Of a DNA stretch of 64,000 nt, positions 8,245 to 18,490 are shown in pieces. This DNA comes from Spirosomataceae bacterium (GTDB taxonomy: Bacteria; Bacteroidota; Bacteroidia; Cytophagales; Spirosomataceae), in assembly GCA_046329125.1 (NCBI GenBank), contig JAXLVD010000017.1:16048-80047 (forward strand), read 5' to 3'. A program made the position numbers and the translations under genes. How positions within the stretch are numbered: position 1 is the first letter of the stretch; each line of letters opens with the position of its first letter. The notes beneath the pieces are model-generated. The model did not search any database, was not told the DNA's origin, and saw only the letters and a list, made by a program, of their open reading frames with translations.

Positions 8245-10809
8245 ATGAAAAAAAATACATCTATTCTCGCCATTATTCTTGTTATTTCTGCTCTCCTGAC
8301 GTCCGCAAGGGCTCAGTTCCCGATGGGCGGTATACCCGTAAAAAAAGCCATTCCGGGCACAGCTACCGATCAAACCCCGAAAGGAAGCTCCAAAATTACG
8401 GGCTTTGTAGTGGATTCGGCCGTCACCAAAGCCGTTGAGTTCGCCAATATTGCCCTTTACAACACAGCAACCGGCAAAGCCGTAGACGGTACCGTTGCTG
8501 ACGAAAAAGGCAAATTTGTGCTCAACAAAGTCGTGGAAGGAGAGTATCGACTGCTTATCTCTTTTATCGGCTTTAAAAATAAGACCATTGACAACATTAC
8601 TTTAGCAAAAGGCCAAGAGCTGGAACTGGGGGTCATCAAACTGAGCCCTAATGTCCAAACCTTGAATGAGGTGGTAGTGACGGGGCAGGCCGCGCTCATC
8701 GAAGAAAAAGTAGATCGCTTGGTGTACAATGCCGACAAAGACATTGCGGCCAAAGGCGGGGATGCTACCGATGTGCTTCGTAAAGTACCGCTTCTGACGG
8801 TAGATTTAGACGGAAATGTGTCGCTCCGGGGCAGTCAGAACATTCGGGTATTGATCAACAACAAACCCAGTACCATCATTGCGAGCAGCATTTCTGATGC
8901 CCTGAAACAAATTCCGGCCGATCAAATCAAAACCGTGGAAGTAATTACCAGCCCGTCGGCTAAATACGACGCGGAAGGCTCGGGCGGTATTATCAACATC
9001 ATTACCAAAAAGAACAACTTACAGGGAATGAACCTCAATATAGATTCCGGAGTAGGAAACAGAGGTTCGTCGTTGGCCCTTAACGGAAGTTATCGTAAAG
9101 GAAAAGCAGGTTTCACCTTGGGCGGATTCGGCCGGGCGAGTTACAATACCGTCACCAAAACTTCCCTTGATCAAACAAGTATATTGAACGGAAAAACGAC
9201 GTTGACCCAACAAACCGGGGATGGTTACAGTCAATTTCTGTTCGGGCAATATAATTTGGGATTTGACTACGATTTGGCCAAAAACCAAAGCCTGACCGCC
9301 GGTATACGCTACGGCGCCCGCAATATGTCCAGCCAACAGGATTTGGTCACTCGACTGTTTACCAACGGCGTGGCCGGTTTGACTGCTTATCGTAACGTGG
9401 ACGCCAAAAATCTGTCCGGAACCGTCGATGTTAATGTAGATTATTTGCATACCTACAAAAAGCCGCAGCGGGAATGGAGCATTTCTACCCTCTACAGCCG
9501 CAATGATCTGACCAATAACTTTGATGCGGATATTTTGAACGGCGAAGGCAGTCTGACGAACCGTCAGCGCAACCTTAACGCTAACCTCAATCAGGAATTT
9601 ACGCTGCAAACGGATTATCAGACGCCGATCAAGAAAAATCAAATGATAGAGTTTGGCGGAAAAGGCATCTTTCGTCAGGTCAACAGCGATTACCGCTATT
9701 TGCTGGCCGGACCTACGGGCAACTTTACCACAGAGATCAACCAACCGGCAGGAGAGCTGACCTATCATCAAAACATTGCGGCAGGGTACAGTTCTTATAC
9801 GTATACCACTAAAAAAAGATACACATTCAAGGGCGGTCTTCGCTACGAACACACCTTTATTGACGCCAGTACTCGTGAAGGCGGTCCTGTAGGGGTCGGT
9901 GATTACGGCGTACTTGTGCCAAGTATCAATGCCTCAAAGACCATTAAAGGAACTACGCTGAAGTTAGGCTATAACCGTCGGATTCAGCGGCCGGGGCTGC
10001 AACAGTTGAACCCGAACTTCAATGCCGCCAACCCGCAGAACATTACGATCGGAAATCCGAGTTTACGTCCTGAGTTGACCAATAACTTTGAATTGGCGTT
10101 AAGTAAGACCATCAAGAAAGTATTTATCAACGCTACTTTCTTCGGACGGGTCACCAACAACGCCATTACGCAAGTCAGACGTAATTCGGATACTTTGGCA
10201 GGAGCCATCATTACTACTTACGAGAACATCGGTCGCCAACATGCGTACGGGACGAATATTTTTGCCAACATTGCCGTGACCTCTAAGATCAACGTCGGTA
10301 TTTTCTCTAACTTGTTTTATACTACCCTTACCGGACAGGCGATAGGCGAAAACGGCACGTCGCAGAATTTTACCAACGACGGGTTTAACCTCAGCGGCGG
10401 GATGTTCTCCCAAGCGCAGTTCAAAAACGGTTGGGGCGCGCAAGCGTTCGGGTTCCTGCAAGGCTCTCAAGTACAGTTGCAGGGAAAACAGGGCGGATTC
10501 GGATTTTATACGGTTGGAATCAAGAAAGACTTCAAAAACAAAAAAGGCAGTTTGGGCTTAGCGGGTGAAAATTTCCTGAATCGTCGCTTTACAATTCACA
10601 CTGAATTGAAATCACCGCAATTCAGTCAGGTAAATAATGTGTACCTTTACAATCGCGGTGTTCGCCTGACCTTTACCTATAAGATCGGCAAGATGACGGC
10701 CGAAGCTCCGAAAAAGAAAGCACGCTCGGTCAACAATGACGACGTGAAATCGGAAGGCAGCGGCCAAAGCGGCTCAGGCAGCGCGCCGGGCAGCGGTCCT
10801 CGTCAATAG
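8245..10809 (+). CDS. Outer-membrane beta-barrel protein with carboxypeptidase-regulatory-like N-domain (TonB-dependent-receptor-like)
   Basis: 854 aa with a signal peptide. CarboxypepD_reg-like segment (ITGFVVDS...GEYRLLISFIGF). Plug-like segment (VDRLVYNADKD...LLTVDLDGNVSLRGS). A long beta-rich region ends in ...GVRLTFTYKIG, followed by a low-complexity G/S tail. Confidence 0.82.
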   Translation: MKKNTSILAIILVISALLTSARAQFPMGGIPVKKAIPGTATDQTPKGSSKITGFVVDSAVTKAVEFANIALYNTATGKAVDGTVADEKGKFVLNKVVEGEYRLLISFIGFKNKTIDNITLAKGQELELGVIKLSPNVQTLNEVVVTGQAALIEEKVDRLVYNADKDIAAKGGDATDVLRKVPLLTVDLDGNVSLRGSQNIRVLINNKPSTIIASSISDALKQIPADQIKTVEVITSPSAKYDAEGSGGIINIITKKNNLQGMNLNIDSGVGNRGSSLALNGSYRKGKAGFTLGGFGRASYNTVTKTSLDQTSILNGKTTLTQQTGDGYSQFLFGQYNLGFDYDLAKNQSLTAGIRYGARNMSSQQDLVTRLFTNGVAGLTAYRNVDAKNLSGTVDVNVDYLHTYKKPQREWSISTLYSRNDLTNNFDADILNGEGSLTNRQRNLNANLNQEFTLQTDYQTPIKKNQMIEFGGKGIFRQVNSDYRYLLAGPTGNFTTEINQPAGELTYHQNIAAGYSSYTYTTKKRYTFKGGLRYEHTFIDASTREGGPVGVGDYGVLVPSINASKTIKGTTLKLGYNRRIQRPGLQQLNPNFNAANPQNITIGNPSLRPELTNNFELALSKTIKKVFINATFFGRVTNNAITQVRRNSDTLAGAIITTYENIGRQHAYGTNIFANIAVTSKINVGIFSNLFYTTLTGQAIGENGTSQNFTNDGFNLSGGMFSQAQFKNGWGAQAFGFLQGSQVQLQGKQGGFGFYTVGIKKDFKNKKGSLGLAGENFLNRRFTIHTELKSPQFSQVNNVYLYNRGVRLTFTYKIGKMTAEAPKKKARSVNNDDVKSEGSGQSGSGSAPGSGPRQ

Positions 10810-10857
10810 ATGACTACTTACTTAACTAACTGCATACAACTTCAAAATTCCCAAAAA

Positions 10858-11571
10858 ATGAAAACAAACAAACTTGCGATTGCGACATTGGCAGCTTTTG
10901 TCTCAATCAGTACTTATGCACAAACTGTAGACGAAATTGTGGACAAACATGTGGCGGCTATAGGCGGAATGGACAAACTGAAAGGAGTAAATACGCTGGT
11001 GATTGAACGTACCTTGGCTGTGCAAAACATGGAGATTCCCAACAAAACGACCATATTGATCGGTAAAGCGCTTCGTACTGAGTCGTCTATTATGGGTAAT
11101 TCGATGATTCAGGTAGTAGATGGCAATACCGGTTGGATGATTCGGCCGGTGATGATGCAGGGAACCGGCGAGCCGGAAGACATGCCTGAAGAACTGGTCA
11201 AACAGCAAGTCGGTCAATTGGATCCTTTCGGCGGTTTGGTTAACTATAAAGACAAAGGCAACAAAGTAGAATTGGTAGGCAAAGAGAAATTGGATAAGGA
11301 CGAGGTGTACCATCTTAAAGTAACCACCAAAGACGGCCAAGTATCGGATCAATACATTGATGCCAACACCTACATGCTGACCAAATTGAAAGCTACCATG
11401 CAGGGGCAGGAGGGCGAAATTTCTTTCTCTGACTATAAAGACGTAGAGGGAATCAAATTTGCCAATACCATGGACATGTCAAGCCCCATGGGTGCCTTGA
11501 CCTTTGTGACCAATAAAGTGACCATTAACAGTAAGGTAGATGATTCTATCTTCAAGAAACCCGCCAAATAG
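10858..11571 (+). CDS. Secreted LolA-like / outer-membrane lipoprotein-sorting-like protein
   Basis: I trimmed the ORF to the ATG at 10858, which precedes signal peptide MKTNKLAIATLAAFVSISTYAQ. The 237-aa beta-rich protein sits directly downstream of the OMP gene. The family call is from memory and tentative. Confidence 0.6.
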   Translation: MKTNKLAIATLAAFVSISTYAQTVDEIVDKHVAAIGGMDKLKGVNTLVIERTLAVQNMEIPNKTTILIGKALRTESSIMGNSMIQVVDGNTGWMIRPVMMQGTGEPEDMPEELVKQQVGQLDPFGGLVNYKDKGNKVELVGKEKLDKDEVYHLKVTTKDGQVSDQYIDANTYMLTKLKATMQGQEGEISFSDYKDVEGIKFANTMDMSSPMGALTFVTNKVTINSKVDDSIFKKPAK

Positions 11572-11625
11572 GCGCGAAAAGTACAAGGGTTAAAGTGTAA
11601 AAAATGCACTTGAGACTGAACAAAC

Positions 11626-11653
11626 AAAAGCCGCTCCGAAGGGGGCGGCTTTT
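11626..11653. terminator. Bidirectional intrinsic terminator between convergent genes
   Basis: AAAAGCCGCTCC - GAAG - GGGGCGGCTTTT: a GC-rich stem with one G.T pair, flanked by an A-run and a T-run. Confidence 0.75.
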
Positions 11654-11707
11654 GTATTCATTCGTTATTCAACTTTTAACTATTTAGTTTTCATGGCAAA
11701 TTTCCGG

Positions 11708-12082
11708 TTAACCTCTGCGGTAGGGGCGGTCAAATTTTTGATTTTGGTTGTGAGCCGCTAATCTTTGGCGTTGCGCGGGGGTCAACACTGACCAAATTTC
11801 CTGTTGTTTTTGCTGTTGCAAGCGTTGGGTATCTCGGTAGCTGAGACGTCTGTTTCTGAACAAACGATCATAGTGATTTTCGATGCGTTTCAATTCGTTT
11901 TCCTGTTTACGTGTCAAATTGACGATATTATCGAGACGATTGATGCTCAATTCTTCTAAAGCATTATCAAGACGCGGATTTTCCACTTGAGGAGCCGGAG
12001 CAGGATAATGGCCGCGTTGGGCATTGACATTAGCAATGGTTAAAATGGCTAAAGCGGCGAGTGTTACGATTGTCTTTTTCAT
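11708..12082 (-). CDS. Periplasmic LTXXQ-motif (Spy/CpxP-like) protein
   Basis: 124 aa with signal peptide MKKTIVTLAALAILTIANVNA. Two LTxxQ motifs (LTRKQENEL, LTPAQRQRL). The sequence is helical and Q/R-rich. Confidence 0.65.
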   Translation of the reverse strand: MKKTIVTLAALAILTIANVNAQRGHYPAPAPQVENPRLDNALEELSINRLDNIVNLTRKQENELKRIENHYDRLFRNRRLSYRDTQRLQQQKQQEIWSVLTPAQRQRLAAHNQNQKFDRPYRRG

Positions 12083-12339
12083 GGTTGCTGTTGTTTAAAA
12101 TTGTTTGTAAATAATTGCTTTACGATTCTTAGAACAGCAGCAAGCCTTATCGTTTAACGGGTCTTGCAGGATAATCTACCAAATGAATATTCTAATAGAC
12201 AGAATCAAAAAGTTTATCGATGAACGGCTGTGACTTTGTTTCGCTGTGCAAATCTGAAAGCGTTATTCTTTCGTTTATTGTAATATTTAGATGTTCGAAA
12301 AAGATTGTCTTATTGGTAACCGTTTAAGAAATATTCCCC

Positions 12340-13035
12340 ATGCAAATCTGCGTGATCATCCCTACATTTAACGAAGAAAGAAATATTGGTGCATTGGTAG
12401 AATATCTACGAAAAGCGGGAGGGCAGGCTTTGGAAAAAATTATGGTGATAGACGGAGGCAGCAGCGACCGAACTGTGGAAACGGCTGAAAAATACGGAGC
12501 AGAAGTGTGGGTTTCGCCCAAAAAAGGACGCGCGGCCCAGATGAATTTCGGGGCTTCTCTGGCAACGGGGGATATACTGTACTTCGTCCACGCCGATGCC
12601 CGTCCGCCCGTTGATTTTGTTGCTGACATCCATTCCGCGCTCAGGGCAGGTTACCAATCCGGTTGCTATCGCTTTCGTTTTGATTCTGATAAGCCCATAC
12701 TTAAACTGAATAATTACCTGACCCATCTGCATCTGCTTACGGCGCGCGGCGGCGATCAGACCCTATTTATCCGCCGTTCGTTATTTGATGAGTTAAACGG
12801 GTTTGACGAATACTACGTCATTATGGAAGAATACGACCTGCTGCGCCGACTGTGGAATAAAAACCGAAAAGCCTTTAAGATTATCCCTAAAGACGTGCTT
12901 ATTTCAGCCCGCAAATACGACCGTAACAGTTGGTTGCGGGTACAGGCCGCTAATTTGATTGCCATGACTATGTTTCGATGGGGGGCAAATCCAACGCGAA
13001 TTGCCGCCGCCTATCGAAAAATGCTCAAATTCTGA
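12340..13035 (+). CDS. Family 2 glycosyltransferase (small TIGR04283-like type)
   Basis: 231 aa. GT-A signature VIIPTFNEE...VIDGGSSDRT...LYFVHADARP. Confidence 0.85.
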   Translation: MQICVIIPTFNEERNIGALVEYLRKAGGQALEKIMVIDGGSSDRTVETAEKYGAEVWVSPKKGRAAQMNFGASLATGDILYFVHADARPPVDFVADIHSALRAGYQSGCYRFRFDSDKPILKLNNYLTHLHLLTARGGDQTLFIRRSLFDELNGFDEYYVIMEEYDLLRRLWNKNRKAFKIIPKDVLISARKYDRNSWLRVQAANLIAMTMFRWGANPTRIAAAYRKMLKF

Positions 13036-13046
13036 AAAGAAAAAAG

Positions 13047-15527
13047 TTACTTCTTCTTTTTCAATTGCAGATAATCCAAAAAGTAGATGACTTTCAGAGA
13101 AAGGTTGTTGTTTTGGTCGGCTTGCAGGGTATTTTGTAAATTATCAAAATAGCGATCATCGGCCATAGTTGAACTGTGGAAAGTCGCATTTTTCCAAACC
13201 GCATTCAGGAAACTGCCGGGGGCAAACTGCCACGTATACACCATATCAACGTTGAAGTAATTGACATTGCGATTGACCGCATTTGAAGGCTTAATCCGAG
13301 GCGACAGCGAACCGTTGTTTTCCAACGTGAAATACTCTTTATTGTTTACCAGGCTCGAATAATGGCGCGTTCTGAAGGTCAACCACATTTTGTTTGTAAA
13401 ACTGTATTTGATGTTTACGGTATTATCAACCGTCGTTACTTTACGCAAGGCCATCACAACGTTATTATCTTCCGAAATCAACGTAAACCCGATACTGCGC
13501 GGACGCGGTTCGAAGCCGAATCGGTAACTGAAAGATAGCCTGCTGTTGAAGCGGTAGGTCTGATTGATGTACAGGTCGAGGCCGTTGAGGTTATAGAAAT
13601 TTAAAAAGGCCCGCTCAAACGCCTCTACCGTAAAGAAGTATTTCTTGGCGGGATTACTCTCTACCCAACCGCCGAGAGTCACGCTCTTGCCGCGGGCATA
13701 CATGTAGCCGATCTTGCGCGGTTCGTAGAAGTCGTTCTCGTGCGGACGATAATTGAGCATCAGGCCAAACCACAGCAGTTTTTTGGTTTGGGCACTGAGA
13801 TTAAACTGAATGCGCGATTGTTGGTATTTGGTGTTGATATGGCCAATGGGTGAAAACAACGAGCTGATATTGGCATTCAGATTTAAAAATATCCGATTAT
13901 ACCATCCTTTGGGTTCGGTAAAGCGATAGCCGGCGTAGACGCGGTGATTGATAAAGTTGTTGTTGGTAAAATACCCTAAGTCGTTGCTGGTAAACTTGGT
14001 ATCGGTTAACTCCTGCGCTCCGTTAAACGTAAATTGCCCGCTGGTTTTGGCAAAAGTGATCGTATGGCTATAGCCGGTGCTGTTGGGAGTAGCTCCATCT
14101 TTATAACTTAAACGACTTATAGCCGCACTTCCCGCGAGATTATAGGTATTTTTCTTATCAAAAAAGCTGAACAGACCCGCACTCACGTTAGCATTGTAAT
14201 TATTACTGCCCCGAATCACGCTCGTATTGACAAAACTGACACTCGAATTGTGTTTCAGGGTTTGGTCCAATACCAGGATGTTATAATTGGTCGTTGGGTC
14301 GGTTTCAAAGCGGCGGGTATCGCCGTTTTCGGTATTTTCAATGAGTGCATGTTGCGGTCGGGTAATGGCATTCAGGATGCCGATGCCGAGCCCGCTTTTG
14401 GTCCGTCCCGATATTTTGGTGGCATTAAGGAGTTTGGACTCCGTTGGGTTTTTTGCAATTCTTTCGTTAGGATTCAGCGCATTATACGCTTTGCTCAAAT
14501 GAATAGGAGTGCCGCCGATGCGTCGGGAGTAAAACAGATTCCCCTTATTAAACAACTCGGTCCCTTCCGTAAAGAAAGTACGATTTTCGTTGAATTTTAC
14601 TTCAAAAGGCGACAAGTTGAGCACTTGGTTATCGCTTTGTACCTGCCCGAAATCGGGAATCAAGGTGGCATCCAAGGTAAAGGCTTGGTTCAGACCCAAT
14701 TTCAAATCCAAGCCGCCGGAGACTTGGTTTGTCCAATTTTTCTGTTCGGCCTGATTAACGGGAAAATGGTTGGCATATACCGAAAAATAGGGCGAAAACT
14801 GAAGCCGGATCGGGGGTTTAATGTCAGTAATGCCCGTCCAGAAGCCTTCTTGGGTCAGAAACCCGTTGATGTTGGGATTGATGGCGTTCCAGGTATATTG
14901 TTGCTCGGTTTTTCGGCGGCGCCGCGTAATGTTCAAACCCCAATCCTGTATTTTGTCTTTGCTGAATCGAATGGCGGAATAAGGCAAAAATAGTTCGAAA
15001 GACCACCCTTTGTCGTGAATGACTACCGCACTTTTCCAAACGGCATTCCAACTGAAATCTTCGCCGCCGTTGTCACTATTGGTATTGGAGGTCATTTTGG
15101 CGTCCCACTGCTCGCCGAGGGGAGTGACGAAATACTCAAAACCGTTGAGTTTGTCATTGTAGGTATCAAAGATGATACCGATATAATCATTCATACCGAA
15201 ACCGTCGCGACCTTTCAGCTCTTTGGAAATACTGTCGAGACTTCGCTCAAAACACGTTCCGCCGAAATAGATACCCTCATTATCATACATCAAAAAGGTC
15301 TCGGTGTGGTTGCCTTGTTCTTCTTTACGACCGATCACCGGACGAAATTCTGTATAATCATCCGCCTTAGCGGCATCTTTCCACGCCGGTTCATTTAATA
15401 TTCCGTCAATTGCCACGGGCAGCGCCGTACGTTGAGCCGGAAGTTGTTTTGGAAGATTTTGACCGAGTAAGGAGTAAGCGAAGACGTTGCACAACAGAAG
15501 TAAACGCAGTTGTAAACTGTTTTTCAT
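13047..15527 (-). CDS. Secreted CBM9-like / DUF5916-type beta-rich protein
   Basis: 826 aa with a signal peptide. N-terminal CBM9-like segment (VAIDGILNEPAWKDAAKADDYTEFRP). The long C-terminal region is aromatic and beta-rich. The family assignment is from memory. Confidence 0.75.
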   Translation of the reverse strand: MKNSLQLRLLLLCNVFAYSLLGQNLPKQLPAQRTALPVAIDGILNEPAWKDAAKADDYTEFRPVIGRKEEQGNHTETFLMYDNEGIYFGGTCFERSLDSISKELKGRDGFGMNDYIGIIFDTYNDKLNGFEYFVTPLGEQWDAKMTSNTNSDNGGEDFSWNAVWKSAVVIHDKGWSFELFLPYSAIRFSKDKIQDWGLNITRRRRKTEQQYTWNAINPNINGFLTQEGFWTGITDIKPPIRLQFSPYFSVYANHFPVNQAEQKNWTNQVSGGLDLKLGLNQAFTLDATLIPDFGQVQSDNQVLNLSPFEVKFNENRTFFTEGTELFNKGNLFYSRRIGGTPIHLSKAYNALNPNERIAKNPTESKLLNATKISGRTKSGLGIGILNAITRPQHALIENTENGDTRRFETDPTTNYNILVLDQTLKHNSSVSFVNTSVIRGSNNYNANVSAGLFSFFDKKNTYNLAGSAAISRLSYKDGATPNSTGYSHTITFAKTSGQFTFNGAQELTDTKFTSNDLGYFTNNNFINHRVYAGYRFTEPKGWYNRIFLNLNANISSLFSPIGHINTKYQQSRIQFNLSAQTKKLLWFGLMLNYRPHENDFYEPRKIGYMYARGKSVTLGGWVESNPAKKYFFTVEAFERAFLNFYNLNGLDLYINQTYRFNSRLSFSYRFGFEPRPRSIGFTLISEDNNVVMALRKVTTVDNTVNIKYSFTNKMWLTFRTRHYSSLVNNKEYFTLENNGSLSPRIKPSNAVNRNVNYFNVDMVYTWQFAPGSFLNAVWKNATFHSSTMADDRYFDNLQNTLQADQNNNLSLKVIYFLDYLQLKKKK

Positions 15528-15567
15528 AGAAATAGAGAATGGCTGTCTAACGATTTAATTATAGGTA

Positions 15568-15575
15568 CAAAGCTA
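15568..15575 (-). promoter_or_regulatory. Candidate Bacteroidota -7 promoter box (TAGCTTTG = TAnnTTTG)
   Basis: The minus strand reads TAGCTTTG, an exact match to the TAnnTTTG consensus, 41 nt upstream of the ATG at 15527. Confidence 0.35.
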
Positions 15576-15710
15576 TTTCAAATTTCAGGGAAAGCCCTCT
15601 TAAATTATGTTAAAGGGTCACAAATCCTGATTGAGAGGCCGTTTGGGGCGTTTTAATAAAGACACCGAATGACCGAGGATGTTGCATTGGTAAAGGTATA
15701 TTTTTGGGAA

Positions 15711-15754
15711 ATCGGAAAAACGGAACACGGAGAATAAGTACGTTCTCCGTGTTC
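15711..15754 (-). terminator. Intrinsic terminator after P1 (end of module 1)
   Basis: Perfect 12-bp stem GAACACGGAGAA (15723-15734) / TTCTCCGTGTTC (15743-15754). On the minus strand it is followed by CCGTTTTTCC. Confidence 0.7.
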
Positions 15755-15776
15755 GGGCTTCCGCTACTCCTCCGTC

Positions 15777-18387
15777 TTATTCCGTTTTCAAACTCTTTAC
15801 CGGATTCATTAAGGCCGCTTTAATGGCCTGAAAACTCACTGTCAGTAAGGTAATAAACAATGCCCCAACGGCGGCGACCGCAAAAATCCACCAAGAGATC
15901 CGGGTGTGATATTCATATTTTTCAAGCCAATGGCTGAGAAAATAATAAGCAATCGGGCCGGCAATGAGAAAGGAAATAATAACTAATCCGACAAAATCTT
16001 TTGAGAGCAGTCCCCAAAGATTAAGTACTGTAGCTCCCAGCACTTTTCGAACGCCAATCTCTTTGGTGCGTTGTTCGGCGATAAAAGAGGCCAAACCAAA
16101 TAAACCCAGACAGGAAACAAGAATAGCCAAGGTGGCAAAGAAAGTAGCCAATTTGCCGATCCGTTCCTCATTACTGAATTTACGGTCATATTCCTGATCG
16201 GCAAAACGGTATTCAAAAGGATTTTCGGGGTCGTATTTTTTGAATACCGATTCAATTTTTGCCACTGCGTCGCTTGCACTTACCTGCGGTTTTATTTTGA
16301 TTGTCAGCTGATTGATACGGTGATAATTGAGGAAGAAAATGGTTTGTTTGGCAGGGTCATAGGGCGATTGGGTAACCAGATCTTTGACCACTCCGATTAC
16401 TTTGAATTTCTCCGAGTCCCCCCATTGAATTATCTCGTTGATCGGATTTTTTAAACCCATGTATTTTACGGCGGCTTCGTTCAGGATGAAGCCGGCGGTA
16501 TCGGTGGAGAACTGTTTCGAAAAGTCACGACCCTCTTTTAACTGCCAGTTGATGGTTTTTCCAAATTCGTGCGTAATACGTAGGGTAACAAACTCTTCCG
16601 ACATATTAGGGTCTTTGCCTTTCCAGGTAAAACCACCGTTGGTAACATACGTATCAGTAATCGGGCTATCTATCGGTAGCCGCCAGTTCTTCCAGGGCCC
16701 CGGTATTCAGTAAATCGTCGCGAAAGGTAGAATAATGCTTAATGATTTCCTCCGTTTTGATGGAAGAGGTGAGAAGCCGGTTGCGATTGTAGCCGATGGG
16801 ACGATCTTTGGCAAATTGGATTTGGCGGAAAACAACCACTGTTCCTATAATCAAAGTTACCGAAACCGTAAACTGTACCACCACCAATACTTTGCGCGGT
16901 GCAGAAGCAAAACGCCCCAATTTGAATGTCCCTTTCAGTACTTTGATGGGTTTGAAAGATGACAGATAAAGCGCAGGGTAACTTCCGGCAATCAAACCCG
17001 TAATGAAAATAAAACCAAGACATACAAGCCAGAAGAAAGGATTGGTCCACAGAACCGTTATTTTTTTGTCTACAACCTCATTGAAAAACGGAAGGCTGAG
17101 AAGAACCAAAAGCAGAGACAGGGTAAAAGCAAAAATCACTACTAACAGCGATTCGCCAAAAAACTGCATAATCAATTGTCCTTTGACGGAGCCTACTGCC
17201 TTGCGAATACCTACTTCTTTGGCGCGTTTCTCACTTCGGGCTGTACTTAAATTCATGAAATTGATACAAGCCAACAGCAACACAAAGACACCGATAATAC
17301 CGAAAAGCCACACAAACTCAATGCGCCCGCCCGTATTTATACCATTTTTAAATTCGGAGTACAAATGCCATTGAGACATCGGCAGCAGGAATATTTCAGG
17401 TTTGTATTTATCCTGGTCCTGACTGATATTGTTTTGTTTAGCTTTTTTTATTTTTAAAGAAACCTTCTCAGGAGTGGTATTATCAGCTATTTGTGCATAC
17501 GTTTGAAACCAATTGTTGCCCCAACCAAGCCATTTGGGCAAATCTTTGGCCATCAACTCCCACGGAGCAATGAACGATAGATCATGGAAGGAAGAATTAT
17601 GAGGCAAGTCTTTGTACACTCCCGTTACCTTCACAATCTGCTTATTGTCAATTTTTATAATCTTATCCATCGGGTCAGCATCGCCAAAAATGACCTTGCT
17701 GACGGATTCGGAAAGTAAAACAGAATTGGGTTCCTGCAAGCCGGCCCGTGTTCCTTTTACCATTTTCAACGAAAGCATTTCTGTAACTTCCGAATCCATA
17801 TAATTACCGCTTTGTTTTATTTTCTTCTCGCCAAATGAAAGTAAGTGTTGTCCCGGAAAGCCGGAAATCACTACGTATTTGAAGTTGTTGCCATAAGCGG
17901 TACGCAGCTCAGGTGCTAATTGCATAGGCACGCCTGACCAAGTCTGAACTTCACCGTTGAAGTTCTGATTTTGCATCACTTTTGTAATACGATCATAATT
18001 TTGATACGCTTTATTTACCGATAATTCATCCCAAACCCACAAGCCAATGAGCATCGCCACGGCCATACCGGTAGCCAAGCCGAAAATATTAATAAACGAG
18101 TAACCTTTGTGTTTCAACAGGTTACGAAAGGCGATTTTGAAGTAGTTGCGTATCATAGTCGGGCTGTAGGTATAAGTTGACGGATAATTGTTTTTTCGTT
18201 TTGCCAAAGGCCGTAAGAGTTTGATGACGTTGAAAATGTATTTCCAATCCGCCTTTCGTCGGCCGACGGTTTGCGACCAATGATTGTATAATTCCAATAA
18301 ATCACCTTCGACTTCTTCCGAAGTGTTGGGGTTGGACCACCACCTCAACAGAAGTGAAGCCCAGCGCGGCGGGTGGTTTCGATTCAT
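15777..18387 (-). pseudogene. P1: frameshifted double-FtsX (MacB-like) orphan permease, class-A prefix
   Basis: ORFs 16666-18387 (N-terminal 573 aa) and 15777-16604 (C-terminal part; that frame stays open upstream to at least ~16700) together align end to end with intact paralog P2. The frames break at a GATA-GATA tandem duplication (16667-16674). FtsX loops RSEKRAKEVGIRK and EQRTKEIGVRK are present. Confidence 0.8.
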
Positions 18388-18414
18388 GTTTTTTTTTATT
18401 TATGTAGGATGCCA

Positions 18415-18479
18415 CGTAGAGACGCCGTATCGGCCCGTGCCGTCCGCCGTTGCAGGATCGAAAATTTTGCGTCTCTACG
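18415..18479 (-). repeat. Intercistronic inverted repeat (P2/P1 junction)
   Basis: 11-bp arms CGTAGAGACGC (18415-18425) / GCGTCTCTACG (18469-18479). The right arm plus AAAATTTTG is homologous to the hairpin at 29761-29790. Confidence 0.5.
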
Positions 18480-18490
18480 CGGCGGCGGCT

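Noticed and set aside
8052-8438. A 128-aa plus-strand ORF that spans the terminator T-tract, the intergenic region and the 5' end of the OMP gene.
   Set aside because: It starts inside the terminator and overlaps the OMP signal-peptide region in another frame. Its sequence is low-complexity.
9019-9852. A 277-aa antisense ORF in the OMP gene, a 247-aa antisense ORF at 14250-14993 in the DUF5916 gene, and a 181-aa antisense ORF at 38595-39140 in the TIM-barrel gene.
   Set aside because: They are shadow ORFs opposite well-supported genes that have signal peptides and family motifs.
12183-12233. A 16-codon mini-ORF (MNILIDRIKKFIDERL) in the divergent region between the LTXXQ gene and the GT2 gene.
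   Set aside because: It is too short and has no supporting signals or conservation evidence.
16660-16680. A programmed +1 ribosomal frameshift at AGA-TAG-C restoring P1.
   Set aside because: A +1 shift at the stop would restore the frame, but the P-site codon AGA cannot re-pair in the +1 frame (GAU), and no stimulatory element is evident. A 4-nt tandem duplication or a sequencing error is the simpler explanation.
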